This document shows, piece by piece, positions 31,391-46,369 of a DNA stretch of 64,000 bases. How positions within the stretch are numbered: the first letter of the stretch is position 1; the number at the start of each line of letters is the position of its first letter. The notes under the pieces were generated by a model. The model searched no databases. It saw nothing but the letters and a program-made list of their open reading frames with translations, and was not told the DNA's origin. Location: assembly GCF_009914755.1 (NCBI RefSeq), contig NC_060947.1. The stretch is one strand, 5' to 3'. A program made the translations under genes and the position numbers. Source of the DNA: the human T2T-CHM13v2.0 reference genome, Homo sapiens.

Positions 31391-32173
31391 CTGATCCCAG
31401 AATCATTCTCTACTCAATGACACTTACTGTATGCCAACATTGGACCAAACATGGAATTAGAGTGATCACTAGGATCTGGGTCTTATCTTAAAGGCATACC
31501 ATAAAAGCAAAACAACCTTAACTGGAATGAAACTAGACCACCCTGAAACCAATCTAAGATCAGTGTTTCTGCAAAAGAATCACACACCCAACTCCAGAAT
31601 GATTTGAAGAATAGGGGAGGACTTCACTCAATAACCCTTGAGAAGGTTGGAGAGTGTATGCAGAGGTGAGGACAAAAGTACATCTTACAACATGCAGCAA
31701 AATATTCTCTAAGTCCTCTTCCAATTCTCCATCCCAAACCCACTCTTTGTGGTACCTACTTATTCCATCTATTTCTCTCCCTTCTCCCCTAATGTCAAAA
31801 AGCAGCTCTCATTTGGCCTCAATGGTGCTCCATCCTCAATCCGGCCCTCTCCTGGGATTTTGTGTGGTTTTGAAATATTGCTGCCTACTTTCTCATATTG
31901 AGCCATTGAGCCCTTCTCTTGGTTTCCATGGCTACATCCCCAGGCACTACCTGCACAACAGAGTACCTAGAGAGGCCAAGGAAAAAAAAATAATTTCTTC
32001 CCACCATAAATTGATGAGACACTCTGTGAGGGCCTTCGAAAGGTACAGGGAAAAAAAAGGCCCAGAAAGAAGAAAAGCAAAGAATGGGAAGGAAGACCTG
32101 AGGAGGGGGCCGGAAGCCTGTACTGCTCCTTCATCTTTGATGACATTTTCTCTTCCAAGTCCTCCTTGCAACT

Positions 32174-34871
<2,698 letters not shown>

Positions 34872-35552
34872 CAGCTGAAATTTCCACATGCTTCACTGTG
34901 ACTCAAGCACACCCACCCTACTTCATGTCCAAATGTCATTTTATAATGCTGCAGTTGAAATGATAAAGCCGGTGGTCTCCAGAGACACTTGTAGGGCTTT
35001 TATAGCTGTTACAAATTCTGCTTCATGAATCCCAGACCCATATGCAAATGTGAAGCTCAACCTTTGATAAGCCATTTGATTTCCCTTTTAGCTAATGAAG
35101 TGAAAATACACCATTTTACACTAAGATTAAATTGCGAAAATGTTTCACTCTTGTCCCCAGTTAGTTGTAATTAAAAATAGAAATGGAAGAACAGAAAAAG
35201 TCACTGACTCTCTTCTGGCATACTGAGCAACGGAAAGGGAAACTGTGATCCTCTGCAACTTCTAAGTGGAGGTAAAAGGGTGGGCATGGGGGAGCAGGGT
35301 GAGAGCGCAGGCCTGCCCAAACTGGCAAAGGGTGTGCAGTCATCCCCCAGCAGCTCAGAATGCCAGAAGAAATATTTCCCCATGCTTTCTGGGGAGGAGG
35401 AAGGGAGGGAGAGCATTCCTATTTCTCAATGTCTGCTTAACACAGAGCATCTTAACTTGGGGCTCACAAATACTTAGTAGGACATGATTGAGTTTTATAG
35501 GGTCTGGAAATTGCTGACACATAGTAAGAACTCAAACGTGTAAAAAAGAGAA

Positions 35553-35553
<1 letters not shown>

Positions 35554-35586
<33 letters not shown>

Positions 35587-35920
35587 ATGGGTGAGGGAGG
35601 TGTTTAGGTATCTGTGTGGCTGAGACAGAGAGTGAGTGAGGGAGTGTATATGCACCTCTGTGTAGGTGCGTTGTGTATAGGGATCTATGTGTGAGAGATA
35701 AAATAGGTGAGAAGCATATATATAAACGTGTGTGTGTTTAGGTACCCACATGTACGAGAGACAGCATGAGTGAGGAAGCATCTATGAGACTATATGTCTC
35801 TGTGTGAGGGTATTTGTGTAAGTATACCAATACTAGGGTTATCTATGTATGAGCTAGGGTGTATCTATGTATGTGTGGGTGTGAAAGTATGGGTGAGTGG
35901 TGGACACGTATGAATGTGCA
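35554..35920. repeat. (TG)14 followed by degenerate GT-rich low-complexity sequence
   Basis: Direct reading. Confidence 0.85.
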
Positions 35921-35939
35921 TTATTGACATGAGAGAAAA

Positions 35940-36110
35940 GTGGCTCTCTGATTCTGTAATGCTTAAGAATTCCCTGGGCATCTTGTTAGGAAGGTAGGTC
36001 CTCAGTCCCTACCTCCTAAGATTCTAATTCAGTAATCTGGGGAGGGGCCCAGAAATCTGTAAGTTTTTATCCTGATGGTTCTCAGGCAGGTAGGTCCAGA
36101 GAGAAACACT
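35940..36110. mobile_element. MER5 MITE
   Basis: GAATTCCCTGGGCATCTTGTTA...AGATTCTAATTCAGTAATCTGGGGAGGGGCCCAGAAATCTG. Confidence 0.7.
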
Positions 36111-36149
36111 AAACCCAGAGACCCAGAGTGAAAAGGAACTGTAAAAGTC

Positions 36150-36262
36150 ATCATTCCACAGATGAGTAAACTAGGTCTGGAGGAGGAAAGTGGCTTGCTG
36201 CAGGCCACACAACTAACAAATGAAAGCCACGACTCAAACCCTGGCTTCCTGTCTACCAGCTC
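36150..36262 (-). mobile_element. MIR fragment
   Basis: CAGATGAGTAAACTAGG...AAGTGGCTTGC...GGCCACACAACTAA...ACTCAAACCC. Confidence 0.6.
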
Positions 36263-37884
36263 AGTATTCATTCAGCTACAGCAATATTTCTCCAATGGGA
36301 AGAGACTTGGGGAGAGAGTCACATGAGGGCTTTATTCAATGTCCCCCGTCCCATATAGTGGCCCTTGAGAATCCTTGTCATAGTGAACATTTGTTTGTGT
36401 TAATTATATGCCAGGAGGGTGTTGGGGAAGAAACCAGGGCTTGATATCATATCACATCCCTGCTAGGACTACTGTATTAAACAGCAAAGGCAAAGCACAT
36501 CCCTGTAAAGTGAGCCCTGTGTAAGGGGACATCCTAGCTGGAAGTCCAAAATATTCTACGCAACGAGCAGCTGGGATGAGGGGGCAGATACCCTCTTGGC
36601 AATAATTGGGCTCATGGATGATTCTGTCTTCAGAGAAACTGGGCGTAGCCAATGGCATTTCATAGGAGAGACCCTTCAAAGACATACTTACAAAAGAGCC
36701 GAGTGCTATTTTTAATTCAACCATCATGCCATCTAACAACCTCTCTCATTACCCTCTACCTCACCCATTCATCTCAGATGCTGAACATTGTCGGATGCTT
36801 TTTAAAAATCTAAGCACACTGTAGCCCCTGAGTTTCCTTTATCTGCCATGACAGCAGTGTCTTCAAAGAACTTCCGCAGGTTATTTTAAAATGACCTCCT
36901 CTAGCTTGGAGCTTAGTTTCCCAGAGAGCTTTCACTTCAGTGCTGGATGTGAGAGAGGGAGGACCAGGAAGGCTGATTCGGCAGCCCTGCTGAGGCAACA
37001 GTGAGCACTGGCAGAGAACTGTGTGTGGGGCCCAAAGAGTTAGTGGTAGTTGTGAGGGGAGGCTCTGCCTCTTTCATGAGCTGATGTCAACTCCTTAACT
37101 CCTGGTGTCTTCATCTCTGCAACAGCTTAGCCAAGGGAAGGATGGAGACACTTCACCCCTATCCTGACCATTTCATTTACCATGGTGCTGTAGACACACG
37201 GGGGCCACTAGCATGCCAGCAGCCACCACAGACAATAACTCAACAAAGAGATTGGCTAGGCCACAATCCCACAATCCATTGTTCTGTGCTCTTTCCATCC
37301 TGGTCATGAGGCAGGAGGCTAATAAACAGCCAAGCAATACAGGGCTGAGTCAAACAAAGATGATGAGGACACTTGAAGTCTCCTTTGTAGCTCAATAAAG
37401 GTTGAGCCAGTGGTGGAAAGCATCTTCAGGGAAGCCCATGCTTGCCACCTGAAGCATAGAGCTGTTGATTCCGCCTGGGATTTTCCCATTATTCACTGTG
37501 TTTCATGTAGGGATTAGCTGAAACCTGATTTCCTGGGCTCTCAGGCTTTCACTGCTTAGGTCCTTCCTGTGGAGTCTCACAGCCTTTTCCCTGAGCCTTT
37601 CAAAGACCTACACCTCTGTGCCTCTATATCACTAATGCTGTACACTTCTCAGTCAGGATATAGCTCTGGAAGGCAGGGCTTCCATGTCATGCATGCACCT
37701 TGCCCAAGACCGCTCAAATTATGCATGTTTGGAAATATGTGTATCTCTGTTGCTGGGCAAAAATTGGATGCTCAGAGCCTCCCTCCACTGTAGGCTAGGA
37801 TGTGTTACCTCTGTTGGTGGCCACATACTGCCCTGTGACATGGGAAATGCAGGGAAGCGAGCAGGATATCACCTCTCTAGGCCC

Positions 37885-38100
37885 CCACATGTCCCAGGCA
37901 CAGGCATAAGATCTCAGTCCTCACAAAGATCCTGTGATTTATCCTTCAATTACATTTGAAGAAATTGAGGCCCAGAAATATTTGGTAATTTTCCAGTATA
38001 GCTAGTAAATTGGCAGAGCTGGATTGTAACTCAGATTATCATGAGGATTAAATGAGCTGGTGCAGGTAAAACCACAGACCTCCAAACAGTGCTAAACGGG
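37885..38100. mobile_element. MIR fragments (opposite orientations)
   Basis: GAAATTGAGGCCCAGA..TAGCTAGTAAATTGGCAGAGCTGGAT, then ATGAGGATTAAATGAG. Confidence 0.55.
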
Positions 38101-38584
38101 AGCTCTTCTCACCCTCCTCTCATGCGGCAGTTCAGTTGTAGCACCAGCATAAGGAATTGCCCATCTCTGGGCCTGGGTTTCTGCAAAGTGTGTTTCTCTG
38201 AATACTGTGGAAAGAAGAAAGCAACAAGGAGAGGGAGTGAAAGCCACCTCTAAAACCACGAGGCTTTCCTTTCCCCTTCAAGCAGCAGTTCTTAGACTGG
38301 GGGCAGTGGAGAGGGTTCAAGAGAGCTGCAGACCCTCCCAAACAACATTGTGTGCATGTGCCTGGGTGGATTTTCCGGGAGAAGGTGGTCATAGCTTCAA
38401 TTCAGGGCCAACACCCAAAAGAAACTATTAAAGGTAAATCCTTTGAGAGGGAACCCAACATCCATTGGGCATTTATTCCAAGCTCAAGTTTCCTAATTAC
38501 TGTAAAAGGCTAAAGTGATTTTTAAAAGCTGTACTTAAGAATTTGAAGCACCATTTGTATGTAGACTAAGTCAATCAAGAGAGG

Positions 38585-38935
38585 CCTTGGAATCAGATAA
38601 ACTGGAATTCAATTGCAGCTCTGCCATTTGCTGGCTGTATAAACCTGGCCCAGTTACTTCAGTGAACCTCCCTGAGCTTCACTGAGTTGACACGTAGTAG
38701 ACATATCAACTGAGGAAAAGTATTACTACAACCTGGCACATGGTAGGCATTGGTTAAATGCTGTTGTCCTTTCTTTTCTTCTACATCTAAATGCAAAGTA
38801 AAGTTTTAATTATTCCTCAGAGTTGGCAGAATCTCAACTCTGAAATAGTTATTATTGCTATTGCTGTTGTTAGCTAACAATTATGGAGTGCTTACTATAT
38901 GCCAGGCACTGTCTTTAATGATGTTCATATATTTA
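38585..38935. mobile_element. MIR fragments
   Basis: GCTCTGCCATTTGCTGGCTGT...CCCTGAGCTTCA (+); GAGTGCTTACTATATGCCAGGCACTGT (-). Confidence 0.6.
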
Positions 38936-39090
38936 CTCATGAGACTTATTCACTACCACAAGAAAAGTATAGGGGAAACTGCCCCCCATTATTCAATTTT
39001 CTCCCACTGGCTCCCTCCCACAACACATGGGAATTATGGGAGCTACAATTCAAGATGAGATTTTGGTGGGGACACGGCCAAACCATATCA
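38936..39090 (-). mobile_element. Truncated THE1B LTR (about 155 bp)
   Basis: CTCATGAGACTTATTCACTACCACAAG...GGCCAAACCATATCA, closely matching 21008-21161. Confidence 0.9.
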
Positions 39091-39679
39091 GAAGTGCTCA
39101 TAAACCTGGGCTTTCCTCAATCTTGTGGGAGGAGCCTGAACTCATCTCTAACCCCAGGACCCTAGGCTCTGGCAAGGGCTTCAGGTTTATGGCTAGACTA
39201 TTGTTACCATGACACTCCCACTGCAGGCTGGACTCAACCTTATCTTCTGGACTCAGGAAGCCAGACACATATTAATTCCTGCCATTAAAATCTCCACTCA
39301 TTTATGCATGCATACATTCATTCATAAATAAATGCATTATTTATTTACTTGACATTTCTTTCCCTTTTCGCATCACTACCCTCCCCCCTTCTTTCACCTC
39401 CTTTCACTTCTGTCTCATTCTCCATAACACATGTCAACAACCTCAATGATATCTTTCAATATTTTTCTATATGCTCAAATACATTTGGGGCAGTTGATCA
39501 TTGTTTTAGAAATCTGAGATCACAATGTATACAATTTCTGCACATTACTTTCCTCACTCAGAAATCTCTCCCAGAAATCTTTCTAGGTAAACTGGTAAAG
39601 CTCTAGCTCGGTTTTTTTTTTTTTCATGGATGCAGTCAAATTCATCATCCAACTTAACTTTCAGCCATACGTAAGGGTT

Positions 39680-40025
39680 GGCAGTTCCCTGAATACCCCA
39701 GACTGTATCCCATCTCTATGCCTTTGCCCATCCTGCTCCCTGGACCTGGCAAGTACATTTCCCTATTGACCTGAAGGATACTTCCTCATCTGTAAAGACT
39801 CAGCTCATAGCAAATCTTTCCTGCCAACAAATGACCTGGCAGAAGTGACCCTGCTCTCCTTTGTGTCCTCAAGGTGCCCTGAACAGACTTCTATCCGAGA
39901 ATGTCTAAAATGTTAAGTGATATATTGATATCTGTTTCCCCCAACAAGACTCTAAGTTCAGGAAAATAAGATTTGTCTGTTTTGCTCACTGCTGGAATAC
40001 TGTAGGTACCCAATAAATATTCTGA
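39680..40025 (+). mobile_element. L2 3' fragment
   Basis: ATGCCTTTGCCCAT..., AAGACTCAGCTCA, GTAGGTACCCAATAAATATT; the GAATGAAT tail resumes after the Alus. Confidence 0.65.
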
Positions 40026-40458
40026 GGCCAGGTGTGGTGGTTCATGCCTGTAATCCTAGCACTTTCAGAGGCCGAGGTGGGAGGATCCCTTGAGCTCAGC
40101 AGTTTCAGGCCAGCCTGGGCAACATGGGGAAACCCTGTCTCTACAGAAAATACAAAAAAAAAAAAAAAAAATGGCCAGGCGCGGTGTCTCATGCCTGTAA
40201 TCCCAACACTTTGGGAGGCTGAGGCGGGCAGATCACCTGAGGTCAGGAGTTCGAGACAAGCCTGGACAATATAGTGCAACCCGATCTCTACTAAAAATAC
40301 AAAAATTAGCCAGCCGTGGTGGCATGCCCCTGTAGTCTCAGCTACTCAGGAGACTGAGGCAGAAGAATCACTTGAATCCAGGAGACAGAGGTTGCAGTGA
40401 GCTGAGATGGAGCCACTGCACTCCAACCTGGACAACACAGCGAGACTCCATCTCAAAA

Positions 40459-40497
<39 letters not shown>

Positions 40498-40674
40498 ACA
40501 AACAATACAAAAAAAAAATAGCCAGGTGTGGTGGTGTGCACCTGTAGCCCAGCTACCTGGGGAACTGAGGCAGGAGGATCATTTGAGCCAGGGAGATTGA
40601 GGCTACAGTCAGCCAAGATTGTATTACTGCACTCCAGTCTGGGCAACAGACTGAGACTCCGTCTCAAAAAAAAA
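40026..40674 (+). mobile_element. AluJ split at its middle A-rich linker (left arm 40026-40171, right arm about 40518-40674)
   Basis: J-type diagnostics GGAGGATCCCTTGAGC and GGAGGATCATTTGAGCC..GAGGCTACAGT. Confidence 0.9.
40173..40503 (+). mobile_element. AluSx-like element nested in the AluJ linker, with an (AAAT)n tail
   Basis: GATCACCTGAGGTCAGGAG diagnostic; linker AATAC(A)nT duplicated on both sides. Confidence 0.93.
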
Positions 40675-41834
40675 TTAGACGTGATGGGTGGATGAATGAA
40701 TAAATGAATGAGGATAACGAAAGCCTGAGCCAAAGGACCAGCAGTGGAAGAGGAGTGACACTGGTACACTTCAGAGCTATTTATGAGGTAGAACTGCCAA
40801 GACTTGGCAATTAGCTTAAGGGAGTGTTTCTTTTTCCACAAGAACATAATAAGCACTATGAAAGGTCATGTTTGTCTTGTTCGTGGTTTCCTCCCCATTG
40901 CCTAGATTGAATAGTGCCCAGTGCATAGTTGGTGCTAAATAAACATTTATAAAATAAATTAATCGCACTGGATTCAGGGATCTCCAGCCTGGGCCTTTTC
41001 CCTGACCCAGAGGAATAGACCCTTCAGCAACCCAAACGTCTCACCTTGCCGGCTCTCAAAGACTTCTGCTCTCTGCTTGCTCTCCTGTACTATCCAAATC
41101 ATGATGCAAGATCCTTCTCCCTTGGAATCTTTCTGAAGTCCTCACCTCAGCTAGTCTCAGTTATTTCCAGCCCAAGCCTGTGCTGATGAATGACTATGTG
41201 TTTGTGTGTGTGTGCGTGTGCCCATGTGCATATGTGCAGCTGTGTGCGTGCAAATGGTGTGGGTGAGTGTGAAGTAAGATTCCCAGTGGGGAGGCTCAGA
41301 ATATTTCTATCACAGAAAGAGGGAGCAGAGCTCAGGGGTTATTCTTGGCAGCAGCAGAGAAAACTGATATTCCTGTGCTGAGGTGAGAGTGCTGCCTCAC
41401 TCTCCTGTTGGCACCAGGTCAGAATCCAGGGTATGGAGAGAAGCCTTTAGCTCCAAGAAAACTCAGGAGGTAGACCTAACTGTGAGATATTTACCCTGAG
41501 TTGCCTTTAGGAACCCTGGAGTCCAGGTACAGGTATATAAAGGAAGAGAAGCCCAATCTTCAAGCCAAATCCCTAGGAAGGCTTCATCAAAAGAGGATCT
41601 CCCCCCATGCTACTAGCCCCATCTACAAGAGGGGTCTCCAAAGGCTGAACATTGCTTGTGGGTAGCAAGGAATAGAGTAGTGAAGAGTGATTCCTTCTTG
41701 GGACAATGGCCACACTCCCCTATAGTTTCTGCCATAAATCAAATTTAGAGGCCCAAGGAATTCATCACACTACAACAAAGCAATAGCCTAAACAAACGCA
41801 CTGATGATGACGAGTACAGAAATTTCCACAGGCT

Positions 41835-42550
41835 AGTAAGGAGCTCTGATATGTGTCTTGAGGGTACATAAAGAACAGACTGAACTGGATGGTAGGTCCC
41901 AGACCATGGTGTTCCTTGAAGGTCTTTTTGAAAGGTTTGGGCTTTATCCTGAAGGCAGTTTGAGGAGTAGGGGGTGTAATCCATGAAAGAGTTTAGGCAG
42001 GGAGGTGACATAATCAGCTTTTGATCTGCAGTCACTTTGGTGGCAATGTGGAAAACAGACTGGATGGAAGCAAGATTTAGGTACAGAGGAACAAAGAAGA
42101 GATTGCGAAGGTTTCACTGGCACCATATATATGGAGGGAACCTGGGAAAAGTGGATCATCAAGAGATGCTTAAGGGATAGACTTAATAGAACCAGGACAG
42201 TGGCAAGGGAATGTAGAGCAGGACTAGATTTCAAACAGATGATGGGAAATCGTGGAAGATGGGTCGGAGTTGAAGGAAGATTTGAAGGAAAGAGGCAAGA
42301 GTTGAGTCAGAGGTGACTCAAGCTTTACAAAGAGCCAGGAACAGAAAAGATAAACAAAAGGTCCTCAGGGAAGTGTTGGTGTGGTTGGAGGGCTTTGGGG
42401 ACAACAGGAGTGCAGAAGCCTGTCTTGACCAGTTAAACTGGGGGTCTCAGCTGTCAGCCTAGTGTAAATGCCCAGCAGGCAGTTGGGAAGAGAGGTCAGC
42501 ACTGGAAAGAGCAACCTGAATTTGACAGCATGAGATGACTCAGCCCACAA
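41835..42550 (-). mobile_element. L2 fragment
   Basis: GGGCTTTATCCTGAAGGCAG, TTTAGGCAGGGAGGTGACATAATCAG, GGAAATGCCCAGCAGGCAGTTGG-like motifs. Confidence 0.65.
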
Positions 42551-43740
42551 GCCGGGCCAGTGCTATGTCACTGATCCAGAACACAGGCTCAGACAAATTG
42601 GACAATCCTAGCCTGCAACTTGGCACAAGGCACATGCCATGCTGCCTCCCAGCAACAGGTTCTCACAATCTAAAATCCACCTCCTATATGTATGGCTTGA
42701 AGGAGATGCATTTAACTTAGATTTGGAATATAAAATGTGTATACAACCATTTATTCCATTAGTACATTTACTTTCCACCTCAGAACTAAATGCCTCTACT
42801 AATTAAATACATTTATTTTAACTTCAGAAGCATTTATTTCCAAAATAAGGACACGTTAATTATCTGCAAAGTGAAATTAACCCCAGGATGCTAATCTATA
42901 TATTCATCTGCCTGGATATGTGTTACCCATGGATGCCTGGTTGTGCTGCCAACCGTTGCACAACACTGTTCAACGCACTCTTACCACCTGCATCCCCATC
43001 CTTCTTGTTATCATCTTACTGAGAACTGCATGGTTGATGTGGAATGTGTAATTTAAATGTTACCACACTCATTCCAAACCTAAGAAGACTACAGATACAG
43101 GATTCACAAGCAGGTTCTGATATAATTCAAGGGCATTTTTACCGGGAGAGGAGGTAACTATCTCCAACTACCCTGAGGAGATTTTTGCTCATGTTTTATG
43201 AGAACTGACACCTTAATTCTCTTGTCACTGACATTTCCTAGACATGGGTACATATCTGTAATTCTCATGATAAGTCATTAGTATTAATTAAGCCACATCA
43301 ATAGCATAATTTAGCTAGTCAGTCAACATTTTCTGAGAGCTCTCAGTGGGGGTAGTCCTAACTCAGAGCATTGGAGAGTTAATAAGGGAAAAGAAAATGC
43401 AAGAATAGAAAGAGTTTTCCAGAAAGATGGGCATTCTTGCCTTCACAGCCACTGGGGAGTCACTTGCAGAAACTTCAAGAAGGAGTGAGGTCTTCTTTTA
43501 TGATATAACATCTGTTTTTCTCATCTGCACAACGGAGCAGAAATACCTTGCAACAGTCTGCCATCAAGGGGAGGAGCTTCAGAGAGAGTAGGCTTCAATG
43601 CCCCCAGGGAAAGACAAATGGAATGCAATTGGTTCCAGCAGGAATTTGGCAACTCTGTCGACCAAATTCTGGCCTTTGGTCTACCAAGTCTGATCAGTCA
43701 GAAGTGAAAAAGTAAGAGAGCCCTCTCAGTTAACAGAATG

Positions 43741-44070
43741 TCTTCTCTCTTCCTTCCTTTACATTCCTCTCTCTCCCTGCCTCCTTCCCTTTCTCATTCC
43801 TTTTATCCCATCCTTTCTTTCTTCCAGAATATTTTTTGAGCACATACTATGAGCATTTACTATTTACTTAGACACTATGCTAAGCAGTGGAGGGACAACA
43901 GTGAACAAATAAAAGTTCCTTCTTCTAAGCAGCTAGGATTCTAGTGAGGGGAGAGAATCATAAGTAAACAAATGAACAAGCCAAACAATATGTCAGCTAG
44001 TGAGAAGTGTTATAAAAAAAAATGAGAATACAGGAACAGAAGTGATGAGAGTGGATGGCATTTTAACTTC
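43741..44070 (-). mobile_element. CT-rich tract followed by an L2 3' end
   Basis: ATATTTTTTGAGCAC...GACACTATGCTAAGCAGTGGAGGGACAACAGTGAACAA. Confidence 0.65.
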
Positions 44071-45000
44071 AGTTAGTTCCCTGTGCAGCATAGACATAGT
44101 AGAAGTCAGCAGGAAGGAGAATATTCCTACTCTTGGATACCCAGACTCATGAGGCATGCATGCAGTGTTAGTAGCAGTTGAAATAAATGTTGCATTTTTA
44201 AAGTGCTAGCTTGGTGCTACTGGAACTACATATTTTATACATGCAAATGGCTTTCCTAGCCAAGTACCATGTGCTCATGCCTACAAAAAAGACAAAGGCC
44301 ATTACCACCTCCTTTTTCCCTTGGGCTAGCACCAACTTGACTCCCCAAAGGAAGGCTCAAGAGCTTTAATCTGGAGATTCCCTGACTTCTGATGAGTGGT
44401 AGGACACATAAAAAGGAAATGCAAGTCAGAAGTTATGCTTCTGCTTCCATGAATGAGACGTGGGTTGGGCTCAAGGTGAATAAGAGGCTAGAACTGAATG
44501 GTTTGAGAGTGGTCCAGAAGATGGCATTGTCTAACATCAGGGTTAACTGTGGCTACATTGAAGAATTCCAAATTAGGGATTTAAACCCCAAGTCCTCTGG
44601 TCCCCTATGCATCCTTGATTGTAGTATGTAGAAGAACATGGATGTGCATAGGCCATTTTACACATAAATTTTTTAAATACACTAAAGTACACTAATGTGT
44701 TATACACCAAGTTCAAGATGCTTGAACTTTGCTTTGCTTGGCAGTTGGTAGTTCTAAGAACTAGACTCAAGATGTGGGCATTATCAAATAGCTCCAATAA
44801 AGGAGGACAGAGGAAAGATTGCCTTCATATGCCCGTGGATGTCTACCAACTTGAAAGGATATATCATGCTATTGAGGTTCCTGTCCCTTCTTAGTGACCA
44901 GAGAAAATGGTAATTTAAGATGGAATTATCTAGAAGACTTAGCCTATGTAGATGACTATTATATATCAATCTGTGCATTTGTTTTGGTCCATCTCCTCCC

Positions 45001-45110
45001 AGGTTGATGGATGCAGCAAACCACCATGGCACGTGTATACCTATGTAAGAAAACTGCACGTTCTGCACATGTATCCCAGAACTTAAAGCATAATTAAATG
45101 AATAATAAAA
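45001..45110 (+). mobile_element. Very short L1PA7/8-like 3' end
   Basis: GGTTGATGGATGCAGCAAACCACCATGGCACGTGTATACCTATGTAA...CCCAGAACTTAAAG. Confidence 0.9.
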
Positions 45111-45371
45111 CTTGCTATGCTATAACTTGACAAAGCAAAAGACTGGAAAAAAAAGGGTGGTTTTTCAAATGGGATATTTTAGCCCTGAGATAAAAAAGAA
45201 ACAAGCCAGAAGTATTAATAAAAGGAACAACAGAAGCTGCTATGAGTAAAAACAGAGCATAGGATTGATCATTACTTAATTCAACAAGCATATGTTTTCC
45301 ACTCACATCACAGTTCAAATGGATTTTTGCCAACCAGTCTTTCACTTGGTGCCTTGGGATCCTGGCTTCTC

Positions 45372-45420
45372 AAAAAAAAAAAAAAAAAGAAGAAGAAGAA
45401 GAAGAAAAAGAACGAAAAAG
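45372..45420. repeat. Poly-A / (AAG)n simple repeat
   Basis: Direct reading. Confidence 0.85.
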
Positions 45421-45599
45421 AATGGATGCTTCATGATAATTTCATGTACTGCTGCAGCATTAGCGCCTAAATAATGTCTGGCTCAGAGTAGATACTCAAC
45501 AAATATTTGTTGCATGAATGAATGACATAACTGCTTGCAACACATCTTTGGGAGAGCACAAGCTGCAGCCCCTTAAGGTACTGGGCTGCCTAGAGAGGG

Positions 45600-46310
45600 C
45601 TATTTGTTTTCTTATGATTCACTTTTGAGAGTTCTCTGTATAAATCTAAATATAAGTCTTTGTCAGGTATTTGCTTTGCAAATATTTTCTGTGCCTTGTC
45701 TTTTTATTATTTCATCAGCGTCCTGTAAAGGAGATGAATTTTTTTATTTTGTCCAGTTTATCATTTGGTTCTTTTATGGATTGTGCTTTTGGTGTCATAT
45801 CTAAGAAATCTTTGCCTAACCCAAAGTCACAGATTTTCTTCTAAAAGTTTTACAGTTTTAGGTTTTACATTTAGGTCTGTGTTCTATTTCAGATTAATTT
45901 CTGATTACAGTGAGGTAGTGGTCAAGGTTCTTTTTTTGCATTTGAATACTCAATTGTTCCAGCATCATTTATTGGAAAGATTATTCTTCCAGCTCCATTC
46001 ATGTCCCTGCAAAGGAAATGTTCTCATTCCTTGTTACAGCTGCATAGTATTCCATGGTGTGCATGTACTACATTTTCTTCATCAAATCTGTCACTGATGG
46101 GCATTTGAGTTGATTCTTTCTCCACAAACACAGCAATATTTGCAATAGCACATTACTGTAAACAATGTAAATATTCATCAATAGGGGACCAGTTAAATAA
46201 ATTCCAGTATATTTATCCAGTAGAAATCCACGGCACCATTAAAAAGAATGTAATAGCTCTATACATACTTATTTTGAGCAATATTTATGCCCTGTTAAGT
46301 AGACGTAACA
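45600..46310. mobile_element. L1 mosaic: old L1M (-) 45600-45987, L1PA piece (-) about 45986-46116, old L1ME 3'UTR (+) about 46125-46310
   Basis: TGCTTTTGGTGTCATATCTAAGAAATCTTTGCC; TCCAGCTCCATTCATGTCCCTGCAAAGGA; ATTCATCAATAGGGGACCAGTTAAATAAATT. Confidence 0.75.
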
Positions 46311-46369
46311 TTTTAAATTGAAATAAAATTAATTTTCATATATTTTCCTGTTAACCACATGTTCACATC

